From assembly GCA_030167865.1 (NCBI GenBank), contig JALAGF010005488.1, positions 1 to 64,000 of the forward strand: a stretch of 64,000 nucleotides of DNA. Reading direction: 5' to 3'. Source of the stretch: Craspedostauros australis. Its lineage: Eukaryota. This document shows, in pieces, positions 36,954 through 50,100 of this stretch (position 1 is the stretch's first letter; every line of letters begins with the position of its first letter). The translations under genes were made by a program, and so were the position numbers. The notes under the pieces were generated by a model. It saw nothing but the letters and a program-made list of their open reading frames with translations. It did not search any database and had not been told where the DNA came from.

Positions 36954-38763
36954 GGTGACGGGTTGATGGTTCTCTCGTTTTGTCTTGATTTGGATGCGGC
37001 AATTGATCGGCAAAGATATCTGCAGAGAGTGGTGCCTGCTTCTTCCGTTTGATGCTGATGGCTGCCGCTTGTTGTGTGCTTTGTGCTTTGTATAATACTT
37101 TCCTTTACGTCCGCTTCCTTGGAGATTGATGCGTGCGCAGCGGCGAGATCTTCGTACTTGTATTGCAGACAAGAGACGCAATGAGAAGTATGGTACTCCT
37201 GCCCAACGTCTGTGTTTGCCACGGCCAGGTTTGACAGCAATCGTGGCGGTACCACGCTGATGGCGACAACATCGGTTCTCTGTTGTGGCTTGCGCGCTCT
37301 GCGTATCTTGTGTATCCGCATCTCCTCTTGCGCCTGGCCGTTTGCGAAGAGCTTGCATCTGCATCCGGACCAGCACGACCGACAAGTTATCGAGAAAGAG
37401 AACACAGCCAACGCCACAACGAGGTCGAAAATCCAGATCTCCAATCGCGTATCACTCTGACGTTCATGCACGACTTGGAAACAGGCGAAACAAATGACAA
37501 ATCTTCTTCCTCCCATTTCGATCCTTCACGAAACGCCGCTGCATGGACGAGAGCAACCACGCCAGAGACAGACAGAGAGAGAGATTCCCAAAGAACGTGC
37601 GATGGATTTGCTTGCTGCAATCGGTTCCCTCCGTGGTCTCCGTACAAGAATGACATGCGTTCAATAGAGCCACGGCTCATACGACTGGAAGGGGTTAGGC
37701 TGGCCAAGATTGTTCAGATATCACCAAGGTTGCGCCAAATGATGTGCAAGAGGATGTAGAGTGATTGCAGTTCATGGTGGAATACCTTGTAAGGAAGGTA
37801 TAATAGTTTCGAACACAGACTGCCATATAGTACTTGCGTAGCCGAGAGTAGAGTAGAGTAGAGAGTGACAATGTCAGGTCCCGCCGCACTGACTCCTGCA
37901 CACGTTTTCGGATCGGTGCAAATCCACATGCTCTACGAGTATGAGTTTCCGCAAAGATGAACGGAAACAAGAAGTTCTGGTTGCAATAGGGTTGACCGTG
38001 CAAACCCCAAGCAAGAAAGCAACAAACATCAGCATATCGTCAATCAAGAGAGGTACTGCAACAGATGGAAGTGCTGGGCATGGTACTCGCTGTTGCACAT
38101 TCGAGTGCATGCCTTCTCATCGTATCGCTTGGTCTTGGTCGAAGCTAACTCTCTCCAGAGGCGAAATGATTCCAGTTCTCCAGTGTGCATTGCCAGGTCA
38201 TATGCTTCTTGGTCGGTGTTCGGTGGTAGGTCACAGGTCGCAAGGAACGGCACCTCCACGACACTCTAATTGTGTGGAACCTATGGATATGGTGGAATGA
38301 TATCTGTGCACTGAAGTCGCAATGATTTCCGATGAATCACGTCGTAGATTGAACGATAACACATAGGCGACTGTTGGAGGGTGAATGCCCAACGAGGCTC
38401 TTTGATGCTTTCTGACACTCACCCGCTGTATTTGTCCTACTCTGTCCAGCACTATCATGATCTTGCTGACCTCCAAAGTTCAATCGTTTCGCGCCAAAAC
38501 GAAATTCGCACCGCCACGGGTATTCGTGACTGAACTCGTGATTCCATCCATTTGGCAAACATTTGACGAAACGAGACGTTGGCGAACAAAGCTACAGCCG
38601 AAAAAAGGTCAGGGCAACATTGTCAGCCAAGTAAGCACAACACTGGACGCAAGCAACCAAGACTGCCCAGCATACCGCCCGGGTGAACGGAGACACTCAT
38701 TTGAACCATCACTCTGGTAAGCCGAAGGAATCCTACGGAGCAGGTGGTCTGGTGTCAGTAAGG

Positions 38764-41700
38764 ATGGAGAAAGAGGAGGATTCATTCGCCGACAAGGACG
38801 GATCACTGACGTCCGCTAACAAGAAGGCGCAAGCCACGACCAGGGCCAACCTCGATGACAAGACGCTCAAGATAATCAAGGATTACCTAGCGAACGGGAT
38901 CGAAAACGTATACCTCGACGAGGAGGAGGTCGCCTTCACGGCCATAAAAACGAGCCGTTACTCGAGCGAGCGGTCTCGTTACCGCAAGGACGTCCTGGAT
39001 CATAGCGACCTGTCGGAAGAGGAAACCTACTACGACCGCGTGTACAAGGAGGAAGAGAACTATGCGCTCGCCAACGAATTCTTCAGAGACGTAGTCACCG
39101 ACGCCGAGCTGACGAGTGGAGAGGGGGCTGACTTCGAGCTGGACCGTCGCTCATTGGCCTGGCTCAAGAAGGCGGCAGGTTTACAGCGCCCGTACGACCC
39201 GCGGGAGAAGCATGCCAGTATCTCAGACGACGACGACTACGTTGAAATCGACAGCAGACCGGTCGATACGAGCCAGAAGTCTCATGTTCCCGGGCGTCGC
39301 GTCACCCGCGGGGCTGCGAAAGCAACCCGCGTGAAGCGGCGCGAGGAGAAGATACGACAAGACCACCAGGGCCTGTACGCACTCGTACATGCCATAGACA
39401 ACATAGAGAAGGAGAGAGGGCCGTTCCCGCGCTCAAATGGCAAATTCAAGGTACGTCAGCATTGGTGGCATTGCCAACATGAATCAATGATCTTGGTTGT
39501 TCACGTGTGCATCCAAGGCGACAGTTCGGTTCACACCATGTTTCTCAACCTATTGCCACACGTTTGTACTCCTGATGATCACCATCATCGTCGTCACCAT
39601 CGTCGTCGTCATCATCATCGCTACCACCATCGCCGTTATCAGTCACGGCGACGTCGACATAAGCGCCCGAGAGAAGGGAAGTCTGCGAGCGCAAGACGAA
39701 GCGAAGATACAGAGCACGATGGGTCTCCAAGCAGAAGTGAAAATGGACGGTACTGGAAACGACGGTACAGCAAGACTCAGCTGGTTGCCCGTTTCCCGAA
39801 CGGTCAGAACTCCTGGCGGTTCAGTGAGCGGAACAGCCATGACATCCTCTTGCGGAGGGTCCTTGTCAACGGGAAGCATCTATTTGACAGTGACACTGAG
39901 CTCGATGTACGTCCTTGTCGTCGCATCTTTATTCGTGTGTTTGTTGACTCGCACGCTGTTTGTTTGTATGTTTGTGTGCTTGCTTGCTTGATTGATTGTT
40001 TGCTTGATTGTTTGCTTGACTGTTTGCTTGAATGATTGCATGATTCCGTGATATGATGATTCTCGTCATGTGCGCTTCGTCGCGTGCATGTTTCAATCCC
40101 TGCACCCCTGCGGGAGTGTGCGCCTATCCTGCGGGGGCGTTGGTCTTGTTGATTGTCGATATGTCACCTAATCGCAAATCGTGCATCTCATCGATCTCGT
40201 GCTTACCCTATCTTGTTTGTCGTCATCTGATTTCGCAGAAAGCGCTGTTGGAGCGCAAGAGACAGAAGGATCGGGAATACCAACGGGCTAAACGTGAAAG
40301 AGAGATCAAGAGGGTAGAGACAGAAGCGTTGGCGAACGGAGAGCCACCGCCGTACATCGAGACCACTCGCGCAAAGCCGAAGGAAAGAATCAACGCAACC
40401 AGAAGAGTGGAGAGTGACCACGAGCAAGTGACACTCGATTTGTTCAACCGAATGTGCGACGCAGCATCCCTTCCGGCGGATATGAGCCCAGCCGCCGCCA
40501 GAGAGAGAGAGGCTAGGGGGCCATCTGTCGATACGCGATTCACCTACGTCACCAATAATGGCGCGATACGCCAGTCACAGAGCAAGCGCCGAAGGATCCA
40601 GATCCCACCGCAATCTCAAACGCCAACAACAGGACTGCATACAGGGCTGGCAACGGATCGATTGCCGCAAATGAGCGCAGACACCAACACGGAGGGGGCC
40701 ATTGAGGCACACATGGGTCCAAGTCTTGTTACTGCGGTGCATCGTCCGATCGACTCTGCAAGGCTCTGCAAGAGACTGCTCAATACTCTGAACGGTGCAG
40801 CGAAGCAGTGGGCCAGATACGAGTTCTTCTACAGCGATCTCGACAGAGCATGGTTCGATTCGAACGACTTTGGCCGCGCTTTGACGAAGATGGGCATTGG
40901 CCCTGACATGAAATTCACCCGGTCGGAATGGAGTCTCATCCGACAGGCGATCCCAAATCGCCCAAAGCGTTTCTCAACGCAGTTCGTGCTACGTGAGCTG
41001 CACAAGCGCAACCAGCACCGCCAACTCATCCGAGCAGTGCAACGCGATCCCAACCTGGCTAAACACGTGCGATGCGATATCCCAACCACAATACCCGTTG
41101 GCGCGACTGTGTCCGCGTACAACAAGCGGTTGCAACTCATCCAACGGGGCAAGGTTCTGTTCCATGACACTCGTTTTCACGGCTATTTGGTGCAATTCGA
41201 ACGCCCAGAACTTCTACACGAGTTTTGCCCAGACTCAGAAGTGGCACGGCACGGACCGCCAGAGCTCATCACTGTCGCGTTCCCCACTTCTTTTTCCAAT
41301 AGTATCGCCACGTTTCATATTCCGAGTAACGACCCTGCTTCAGCTGGATACCAGCAGCAATCACGCGGGATGATAGGCGCCGCGCTTTGCGCAAGCCAAG
41401 GTGAGTTCAAGCGTCGAGTACACCCAGCCATTTGCAGTGAATTTTGAAGGGTTGTAGCTACCACATGGGCTACATGGCATACCAAAGCTACTATTTGAGC
41501 ATCATGTATGCATCGGTGCTGTGCAAGCATTGTATGGTAGGATTGCTGAAAACGCACAGTGCAAACGCGCATCACGATGGAGATATGACCATGATACGTG
41601 GAGTATGAGACTGATACTAGTACTACTACTAGTGCTGCTGCTAGTATATCTGACACGTCACCGCATTGCTTCTTCCTTCCATCCTCCGACATCATGCACA

Positions 41701-42880
41701 TCGATTGCTCATGACAACTCGCTCGTATGGGCACAACCACGAACATGACTGCACCCATGGCATTCCCCTCAACGCATGTTACTCCGTAGACAACACAATC
41801 ACACGGAAACAAGAAGCGGTGGACTGGATCAAATCTCCCAAGTGGGCACTGATGAATGAGGATTCGGTGCAAGGCACGGGTCGCACTAGCATCTCCGTAC
41901 ATTACGAGAACGGCCATAACAAGGAGAATGAAGTCAGATCAGTCCCCCCAGGCATTGCCAACATAGAACGACAGCTATTCACGGAGTTGCTTCTGAACGC
42001 CCAATTCTCGCTGAAACGAAAGGAGATGCTGTTGCAATGCATAAAAAAGATGGGAAAGTCGCCCACCAACTACGCAGCTTCGGATGGGAAGTCTCAGACG
42101 GCTCGTTCTCTGTCGAAGAGAGAGAAGTCAAACCTCGCCTGGTTGATTGCGAACTTGAATGCGACAAACAAGGCATTGGAGTCGACTTTGTCTCGAGTGG
42201 ACATACTCTACGGGCCACTGCAATCCAAGTCGGGCACAAACGCACGGGCGATGCAAAACGACAAAAAACGCAGGGTGGATGCATTCCTTCGAGAACACTT
42301 GCATGAATGGGACCAATCCATGATGTCGGAACAAAGGAGCGACGACTACAACAGCGGCAATGGGCATGGCAGTGGCGTCACCACATCAACATCATCTCTG
42401 GGAAATCACGTCACCATGCGACATATGTGTGGGGAGCTGAGCAGCATTGGTACTGATTGCGGAGCGCCAGTTTCTGCTGATATGATGCCGACGATACAAC
42501 AAGCCACGAAACTCCTGATAGATCTGGAAGACGGGGTTGATCAAATACTTGCCATACGTGCGAGGTCTAATCGCGGTATCCAGCGAATCCATGATTGTCA
42601 GAACTCGCACATGATTGATATCAACGACTTGATGCAGGCGATGGAGGCCTCCAACTTCGTGAGTGTCCGGGGGGCTGGCATGACAGATGTCGACGATGAT
42701 ATAGACATGAAAAACGGTCACGAGGGCGGGATTTCAAGCGAGGAGCTTGTGCAGATCGAGCACGCTAAGGAAGATGCGCTTGCAGATTTGAAGCAAGCCA
42801 TGGCATTGCTCAGTGCCGAGAAGGATGCTATTCGCGCCATGTCGATTTTGCAACGCAAGAAAAGAAATTCCCTATTCTGA
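38764..42880 (+). CDS. LIN-9 / ALWAYS EARLY-like DIRP-domain protein (putative DREAM/MuvB subunit); exons 38764-39450, 39643-39906, 40239-41400, 41790-42880
   Basis: DIRP signature WARYEFFYSDLDRAWF...TRSEWSLIRQAIPNRPKRFS..F...E, followed by a Tudor-like segment (VGATV...GYLVQFERPEL...PDSEV); three GT-AG introns are phase-compatible. The exon structure outside the DIRP exon is less certain. Confidence 0.8.
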
Positions 42881-43294
42881 CACGTAATCGTGCAGACCAG
42901 TACTGCACTTCATGTGTACTTCCATGCACGAGTACGGGTATAGTAGAGTCAACGAGTAATATGTTCGCTTGGTATTCTACGAATAAAGAGTAATAGTTCT
43001 GTCTATCGACGCTGTGGGGGAAAACTCTACTCTGCTCTCTGCACCACGCGATACAGTAGAGACGACACATTTCGACAGCCACCCTTTGGGATGGCAAATC
43101 GCCTGGGCAAGTTGGCACTGCTGCTCTGCAAGGACTCTGCGCTGACACAATTGTAACCGGAGAATACAGCCTCGATTACGTTGTGGTTTCTCAGATTGTC
43201 AAGATTTGCGTACTCTCTCTCTCTCTCTGTCCAAGTTATTACCATTGGAGCGAAAGACAAGTCGGCCTCTCTCTCCAGACACGAGTAATCTGCT

Positions 43295-44653
43295 CTATTT
43301 TAGCTTTTGCTGAACTTGCTCGTAGGCGATGAAGAAGATGGCAACGCTGGGCGCGATGTACACCACGCGTGGAATGACGCCGGTTGTTAGTCCCGCAAGA
43401 CCGTCTTCTCGTAGAATTCGTGCGGCACATCCTGCCACTGTGGTTGCGTAGGAGCTATCAGTCATCATGATGGTCTTGATACGATCCAACGGTGCCGTGA
43501 TCGCCGCCGAAAACGACCCAGCGACCGCCCCGCAGAATGCCGCCTCGATGGGAGACAGATCTAGGCTCTTGTCATCATCGTTGTTGGCGCTGTTGCTGCC
43601 ATTGTCTCGTCGTCGCTGACGTGCTTGGACATCCGCTCTATGCTTTTGCAACCTCCTCTTCTTGTATTTGAGATACACGCTCTTGGTTACTTCGTATGTC
43701 GTCAGTTGTGCCACACGGAATGGCACATCTCTCGAGACACCACCCCAGTACCCTTGGTACAAGCCACGAATGCCACCTGTGCTCCAGATCTTGGAGAATG
43801 CTTCGGTCGTGCTGGAATACATCCCGGCCTGCATCTGCTGCTTGATGACTTCGGATGGGCAGAGCCAGAAGCTGCCCGTTAGATCGCCCAAGATGGCAGA
43901 CAGCGCATACGTCATCACAGGTGGAAAGTGACGCGACAGCGATTGCTTGTACATTTCGTAAGAGCCGAAGGTCAACACCCCGTACGGTACCTGCCCGAAC
44001 AGGCTGCCTGCCACGCCGCTGTAGAGACTGTCCATTCGGAACGGCGATGCTTGATCCATCTGAATGCGTGTCTGCATCATACAGATCGGTGGAGGTTGCG
44101 GTAGTAGTAGCAGCAGTACCAGTCGCCAGGCAGCAAAGAGTACAACAAAGTAGAGTAGAGTAGAGTAGAGTAGGGTTGAGTACCGTCCACGCAGCGTCGA
44201 GAATAGCAACATACAATTTCATACGTTGGAGAATACTCGACATTGTTCACAATATCACGTGATGAAACTGTCGCCGGTTCGAGAGTACAAAAAAGCACAC
44301 TCACGCACATACACAAGAATTCGTTCAACAAAATGAACACAGATCTTCATCAGTGGTTCGTGGCATAGCCTGCCCGCCTGCCTGTCGGCTTGCCTACCTA
44401 CCTTGATCGTGTCAACAGGGTACATGGCGAAGATAGAGATGGAACGTGCGACCGCGGCCGCTGTTAGATGCCTACGGGCATCTTTGATGGTCGCCACGAA
44501 GTTTTGGATCGGCGACTTCTTGTCCGGCTGTTGCGCCGAGGTTGGCGTCGGAGTGACCGAGTTGGAGGGGCGGGAGAATCGAGCAGCTGACACCACACCG
44601 ATCAGCGTGAGGAACAGCAGGGCGACTGTCCAGAACGATGGACTGGCCTTCAT
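43295..44653 (-). CDS. Mitochondrial carrier family protein, SAM-carrier-like, with N-terminal signal peptide; exons 44653-44402, 44071-43295
   Basis: Three carrier signatures YPVDTIK-TRIQ (across intron 44072-44401), CPSEVIKQQMQ, APLDRIKT; RDVPF motif typical of SAM carriers. Confidence 0.88.
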
Positions 44654-45280
44654 TGTGATCGGTGTTCCAATTGCGGCTGACGGTTGTGGTGCAGCGCGAG
44701 TCTGTGAATTGTGCTACGTCCTTCCGCCGCTATGAAACTATGATCACCAATGAACTCATGGCCTGAAAGGTGATTTTGTGCCAACACTCGTAAAAGGCGA
44801 ACAGGAAGCCGACGCTGTGAACGGCGCCTTTTTCCTTCTTCTTGTGGCGAAACGTGTGTCTGGTAGGAACAGCCAAGAGCATGCTGGAGTTGGTATCTTT
44901 TTCGGCGGTGGATTTTGTTGGCGGTTTGTGAACTCCTCGTATTCTTTGCTAGACTTCAGAAGTACAGCCACCATGTTATGATAAATACTGTTGGTAAACT
45001 TGTGCAAAAACGACAACACCGCACCAGCCACAGAAAGGGGATAGGGAGATCAGGAGATCCGGCGGAGCACCCACACCAGCCACAACACCAGCGACAACAC
45101 CTACAAACACCAACAAAACACATCCGGACACTTCGCTGTAGCAACTGGTAAAGAGCGGGTCCTCGTGCACACTTTCTCCGATAAAGAGTAGGCCGTACCC
45201 AATTCTTCATTGTCTATTATCCAAACCAACAACCAGCTTCCAATTCAATCGCTTCCCCAAGCTGACCAGAGACCGCAATC

Positions 45281-46888
45281 ATGGGTATCATGGAACGAAT
45301 CAAGGAGATCGAGGCCGAGATGGCCCGGACTCAAAAGAACAAGGCGACGAACTATCACTTGGGAACGCTGAAGGCCAAGCTGGCCAGACTCCGAAATGAT
45401 CTGTTCGTGGAGCAATCCGGCGGAGGCGGAGGTGGCGGCGAAGGCTTCGAGGTTGCACGCAACGGTGATGCGCGCGTGGCGTTGATCGGCTTTCCTTCCG
45501 TCGGCAAATCGTCGCTGCTGGGTGCCCTCACAACGACCGAATCCGAGGCCGCGGCCTACGAATTCACCACGTTGACATGCATCCCCGGCGTCCTGCGGTA
45601 CAAAGGATCTAAGATCCAGGTGCTGGATCTTCCAGGGATCATCGAAGGTGCCGCGCACGGTGCCGGCCGTGGAAAGGAAGTCATCGCTGTGGCGCGTGGT
45701 GCCGATGCCATCCTCATCGTGCTGGATGCCGGAAAGGAGGGCCTGAATCGACATCGCGAGATTCTGGAGAAGGAGCTTGAGACAGTCGGCATTCGTCTGA
45801 ACCAGCGCCCGCCGGATGTGACGATGACGAAGAAAAAGTCGGGCGGCGGGGTTCGATTTGCCTCCACCGTGCCACAGACCAAGCTGGGCCCGGATCCGGA
45901 GAAGGTGGTCACGCAGATCATGAGGGAGTACAAGATCTCCAGCGCTGACATCCTGGCGCGCGAAGAAATCACGGTCGATCAGTTGGTGGATGTCATCCAG
46001 GGCAACCGTGAATACAAGCCGTGCCTGTACCTGTACAACAAGATCGACACGATCACCATCGAGGAGGTCGATCAGCTGGCGCGTCAACCGCACTCCGTCG
46101 TTGGCAGCGTCCGCGCCAACTTCAACATCGGCCAACCTGAGGAGGACGATCTGCTCAAGTCCAAAATGTGGGAGTATCTGGGACTGACACGAATCTACAC
46201 AAAGCGAAAAGGTACGAGTGTGTCTGATGCGGTTCAGCTCGCTTTGTCCCAGTTCAGGCCATCAACAATCGTTGATGTCGTCAACGCCACATGATGGGAT
46301 GGGCTGTAATGTAATGGGATGGGATGGGATGTGACACGTATGATCATGAATGTCGACAGGTACTCGTGTTTTGCATGTGGTGTGGACATCGGAAGTGGAC
46401 GCGTCCAATGCAATGCTCTGCCCTGGATGCAATCCTATCTTACATCTTCTTCTTCCTATTCTCGTTGTTTTCGCCGACCATGCCTGTCGCAACTGCTGCC
46501 TGCGTGATTCAACCATCGTGATTATCGCCCATTCTTCTATGTGTATTTTGATTGTACAGGATCGCCACCGGATCTTGAGGAGCCTGTCGTGCTGTCGGAG
46601 ATCCGAAAAGGAACCGACATCAAGGCACTGTGCGCCAACGTGTCGTCCGAACTGCTCCGTGACTTCAACTACGCGCTTGTGTGGGGCACAAGCGCCAAGC
46701 ATGCCCCACAGCGTTGCGGCCTGAGCCACAAGCTCGATGATGAGGACGTGGTGCAGATTGTCAGCAAGACCATCAAGCAGCAGCAACAGGATAAGAACTA
46801 CGGCCAGCTGGCACAGATCCATCACGACAAGATCGCCAAAAAGCGTTTGGACGCCAAGAAGCACAAGCAGAAGCAGCTGCGTGGTTAA
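45281..46888 (+). CDS. DRG2: Developmentally regulated GTP-binding protein 2 (OBG family, TGS domain); exons 45281-46211, 46560-46888
   Basis: MGIMERIKEIEAEMARTQKNKAT, GFPSVGKS, YEFTTLT, DLPG, NKID; TGS segment VWGTSAKH...DEDVVQI; intron 46212-46559. Confidence 0.95.
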
Positions 46889-47158
46889 TGATGCTCTACT
46901 CGAAGAGTATGAGCGCGAGTACGACAGGAGCAGTCAACTTTACTCACTCAATACCCTAACGGCGAGGCGCAGTGTTTTTTCTAATATTTCTGAATGAGTT
47001 TGCTGCACACGGTACTGGATCGTACTGTTATTGAAAGAACGTCAATAGACACAGTGCGAAAGGGCTGTCCCAGCCATGCCAATACATGCAACAGAGGGCG
47101 TTATCCTGCACCTGCACGTATCAAGACGCAGTCTATGCATGTGAGCAGGGCGTGTCGT

Positions 47159-50100
47159 CTACTCTTCCTCATCCATGTCCGTCGCAGCTGCCTGGGCCGA
47201 TCCACCGTGCGTCGACTCCAGCTCCATGATGATGATGTCTTCTGCTGACAGCACGAGATGGTCCTTGTTGTGCGGGAGCTGTCGTTGGAACTCTGAAAGC
47301 CCCATCCAAAACAGTCTCTGCTTGTGCAGTTGCACGATCAGATCGTTGCCGGCCTGGATGCGCTGGGGGTACTTGCGAAAGTCCTGGGCCGTGTTTAATG
47401 CCGCTGTGACGCCCAGAATGATGGGGACGACCCATTGCATCGATAGAGCTGCGGCCGCTCCACTCAGCATGGTGATGAACTTGATGGAGCTAGAGACAAT
47501 GGCGTTCCGTTTGGACATGAGCTGGATGGATGTGGTCTTGGCTGCGGTGGCACGTTTCACGCGCGCCCTCAAGTAATCGTTGACCTTGAGAGGTGAGTAG
47601 TGATCATCGAGGAAAGGTCCAGTGAGCGCCTTGGCGCCTTCGTCTCCATCCTCGTCATCATCGTCTTCGTCGTCATCATCAATTTCTGGGTCATCGTCAA
47701 CACCCCCACTGCCGCGTCCAACGAAGAGCCCGCCCTGTTGATTCTCGACGTCCTCGTCGCTTTCGAATCCCAGCAAGTCCTCAATACCTCCGCCGATATC
47801 CTTCATCATATCGACTGGCTTGTTCAGCATTCCTGTGACAGCGGAGGCTCTGCTCTTTAGTGCGTTGCTTGTGCGGGACGCCAGTCCACCCGCCATGAGT
47901 GGCGTGATTTCTGATACCGCAGCTTCCGCGTTGTTTGCTTCGTCAGGCAATGCAGTCCCAGCCTGCTCGGCCGAACCCAGCAAATCAGCGGGGGATTGAG
48001 CAGCGGATGCCCTTGCCTCTGTTTTGGCCTTGGACGCGACATCTGCGGCCCTCGAGACGATGGTGGCTTCCCTCTCCTCCAGCTCCCTCATTTTCGTGCC
48101 CAGCTTGTCTGTTGTGGCCGGGGCTGTCTCATCATCGATGATCTCATCTGCCGCCTTCTCGATGTTCAAATGCAACATCTCCATGCCATCGTCCTCGAGA
48201 TACGGCTGGACAGCTTTCCAGATGGTTTGGATCTTCTTCGTGAAGAGCTGGATGCAGCGCTGAATGGTCGCGTCGCGCTTGTCTGGGCGTCGGTACTTGC
48301 CAACCTGGCAACGGAACAGGAAGATCTCCGATTCCAAGTGGCTTTTCGCAATCGTGAGAGCCTGCCACTGGCGCATCGACGTGCCCTTGTCGGATTCCTG
48401 CTTGACGGATGTCACGTACAGCGGCAAAAGGATCGTCGCCATGTACCCGGCGGTTTGCGTGTGTTGTTTCATTTGCTCAGACCCATCAGTAGCCGCTTGG
48501 TTGTCGCCTCCAACGACGTACTGATTGTAGAGGACGCTGGCAATGATGCTGGCCAGGGTGAAGATGATGAGCTGGAGATGCAGGTCCTCCGTAGATCCCT
48601 TCTTTTTGTGTGTGTACTGTTCCATGATGTGATGGAAGGACCAGGCGTAATCGAGGGCCTTCTGCTGCAGGGCCTGGATGTCTGGATTCTTCGCGTGCTT
48701 CAATCCGAAACAACGCACGAGCGCTTGAATCAGACGTTCTTGGACCTGCCCTGGCGTGGTGTTCGGCTTGAGTGGATCCACCACGATGGCGCTGTCCGGC
48801 GCAAACTCCAATGGGAATGTTCGGAGGAAAGAATCCATGAGTTGGTAATCCTCGCCCCCACCTGGTGGAACTTCTTCCAGGTCGTCAGCAGAAGCTAAAG
48901 CGGACTCTGTAAGCAAGGTCGTCGATATGGGAGGGATCGTCCGCAATGGGTTGGACTTCTTCTTTGGCGCGCCTGAGGTGCCAGCTTTGGATTTGGTCTT
49001 GCCACTGGATGCCTTGGACGAAGAAGTCGATGCAGACGCAGATGCATTGCGAATGTGGCGCTTCACATGCCGGATCATCTGCGCCAGCTGGTTCACACGA
49101 TGGGTTGTGTACCGGATGCCCACTTTTGCCTTCGCCTTCGTCGGCTTCCTGTTCTTGGCTGTCGTCTGTCCCGAGGCTGTTTTGGGATCTTGCGAGTCAA
49201 GGCCATCGCTGCCCATTGTCACCTCGGGCTCTGTTGCTGCGATTGGTTTCTTGGCCTTCGCCGTGGCGAGTTTTTGGGACGAATCCTTGAGCAGGAGCAA
49301 CGGAGATCCGTTGCGGATGGTGCGCAGCACTGTGTCTCTGCCTCGGAGGGTGAGACGGCTGCCGAAGGCTACCATGTAATCAGGCACCACCTCCATCAGA
49401 GCTTCGCGGAACAGGTTGAGATCGTGATGATTCGCGAAGAAGAGGATATGGGTGAGCTGAGAGCAGGGCGCGTCGTCCATCTTGTCCTCGTCCGCGCTGG
49501 GCTCGTCGCTCTCTTGATCCAGGCGGCACACACGCTGGATGGGCGAACCCACGGGGACCATGATCTCCTCGATCTGATCCTTGATCATTTGCTGGTCCTC
49601 CTGCGCCTCGTTGTCCATCAACGTGAGCAATCCCAAGGCCACAACCTCGGGCGGCTTGCTCACTCCCGAAGCGGCGTTGGTCGCTGTGGACACCTTGGAG
49701 GCCGGGCAGATGGACAGCACCTGATGCGCCACCGGATTCCATCGACGTGGGGATTCCGGGACAATCCACGCATTGACCGTCTTCGCAGAATCGACCACGA
49801 CGGTCTCCAGGATGTGCCCGATCTTGGTTTTCAAGACTGCCTCGTTGGCTTTGATATCGGCGCTGATGGCAGGATCCATGCCCACATCAACCGCGGGGAT
49901 GCCACCTTCGAGTCTTGACTCGGGCGTCGTGATGATCATATTGGGCAATGCCGGCAACCCGATGGCATTCAAGACGTTCGAAACGAAGGGCTTGCATGCC
50001 GATCCTGTGCCTCCCGCAGCGCCAGTGTTGGCATCGGCGCTATTGCGTTGGATGTATCCAACTGGGACGTAAACGAAGGGACGGTCCAGTTTGGGAGGAA

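Noticed and set aside
37000..38700. Short ORFs in the ALDH12 / LIN-9-like divergent gap
   Set aside because: No recognisable domains or convincing splice structure.
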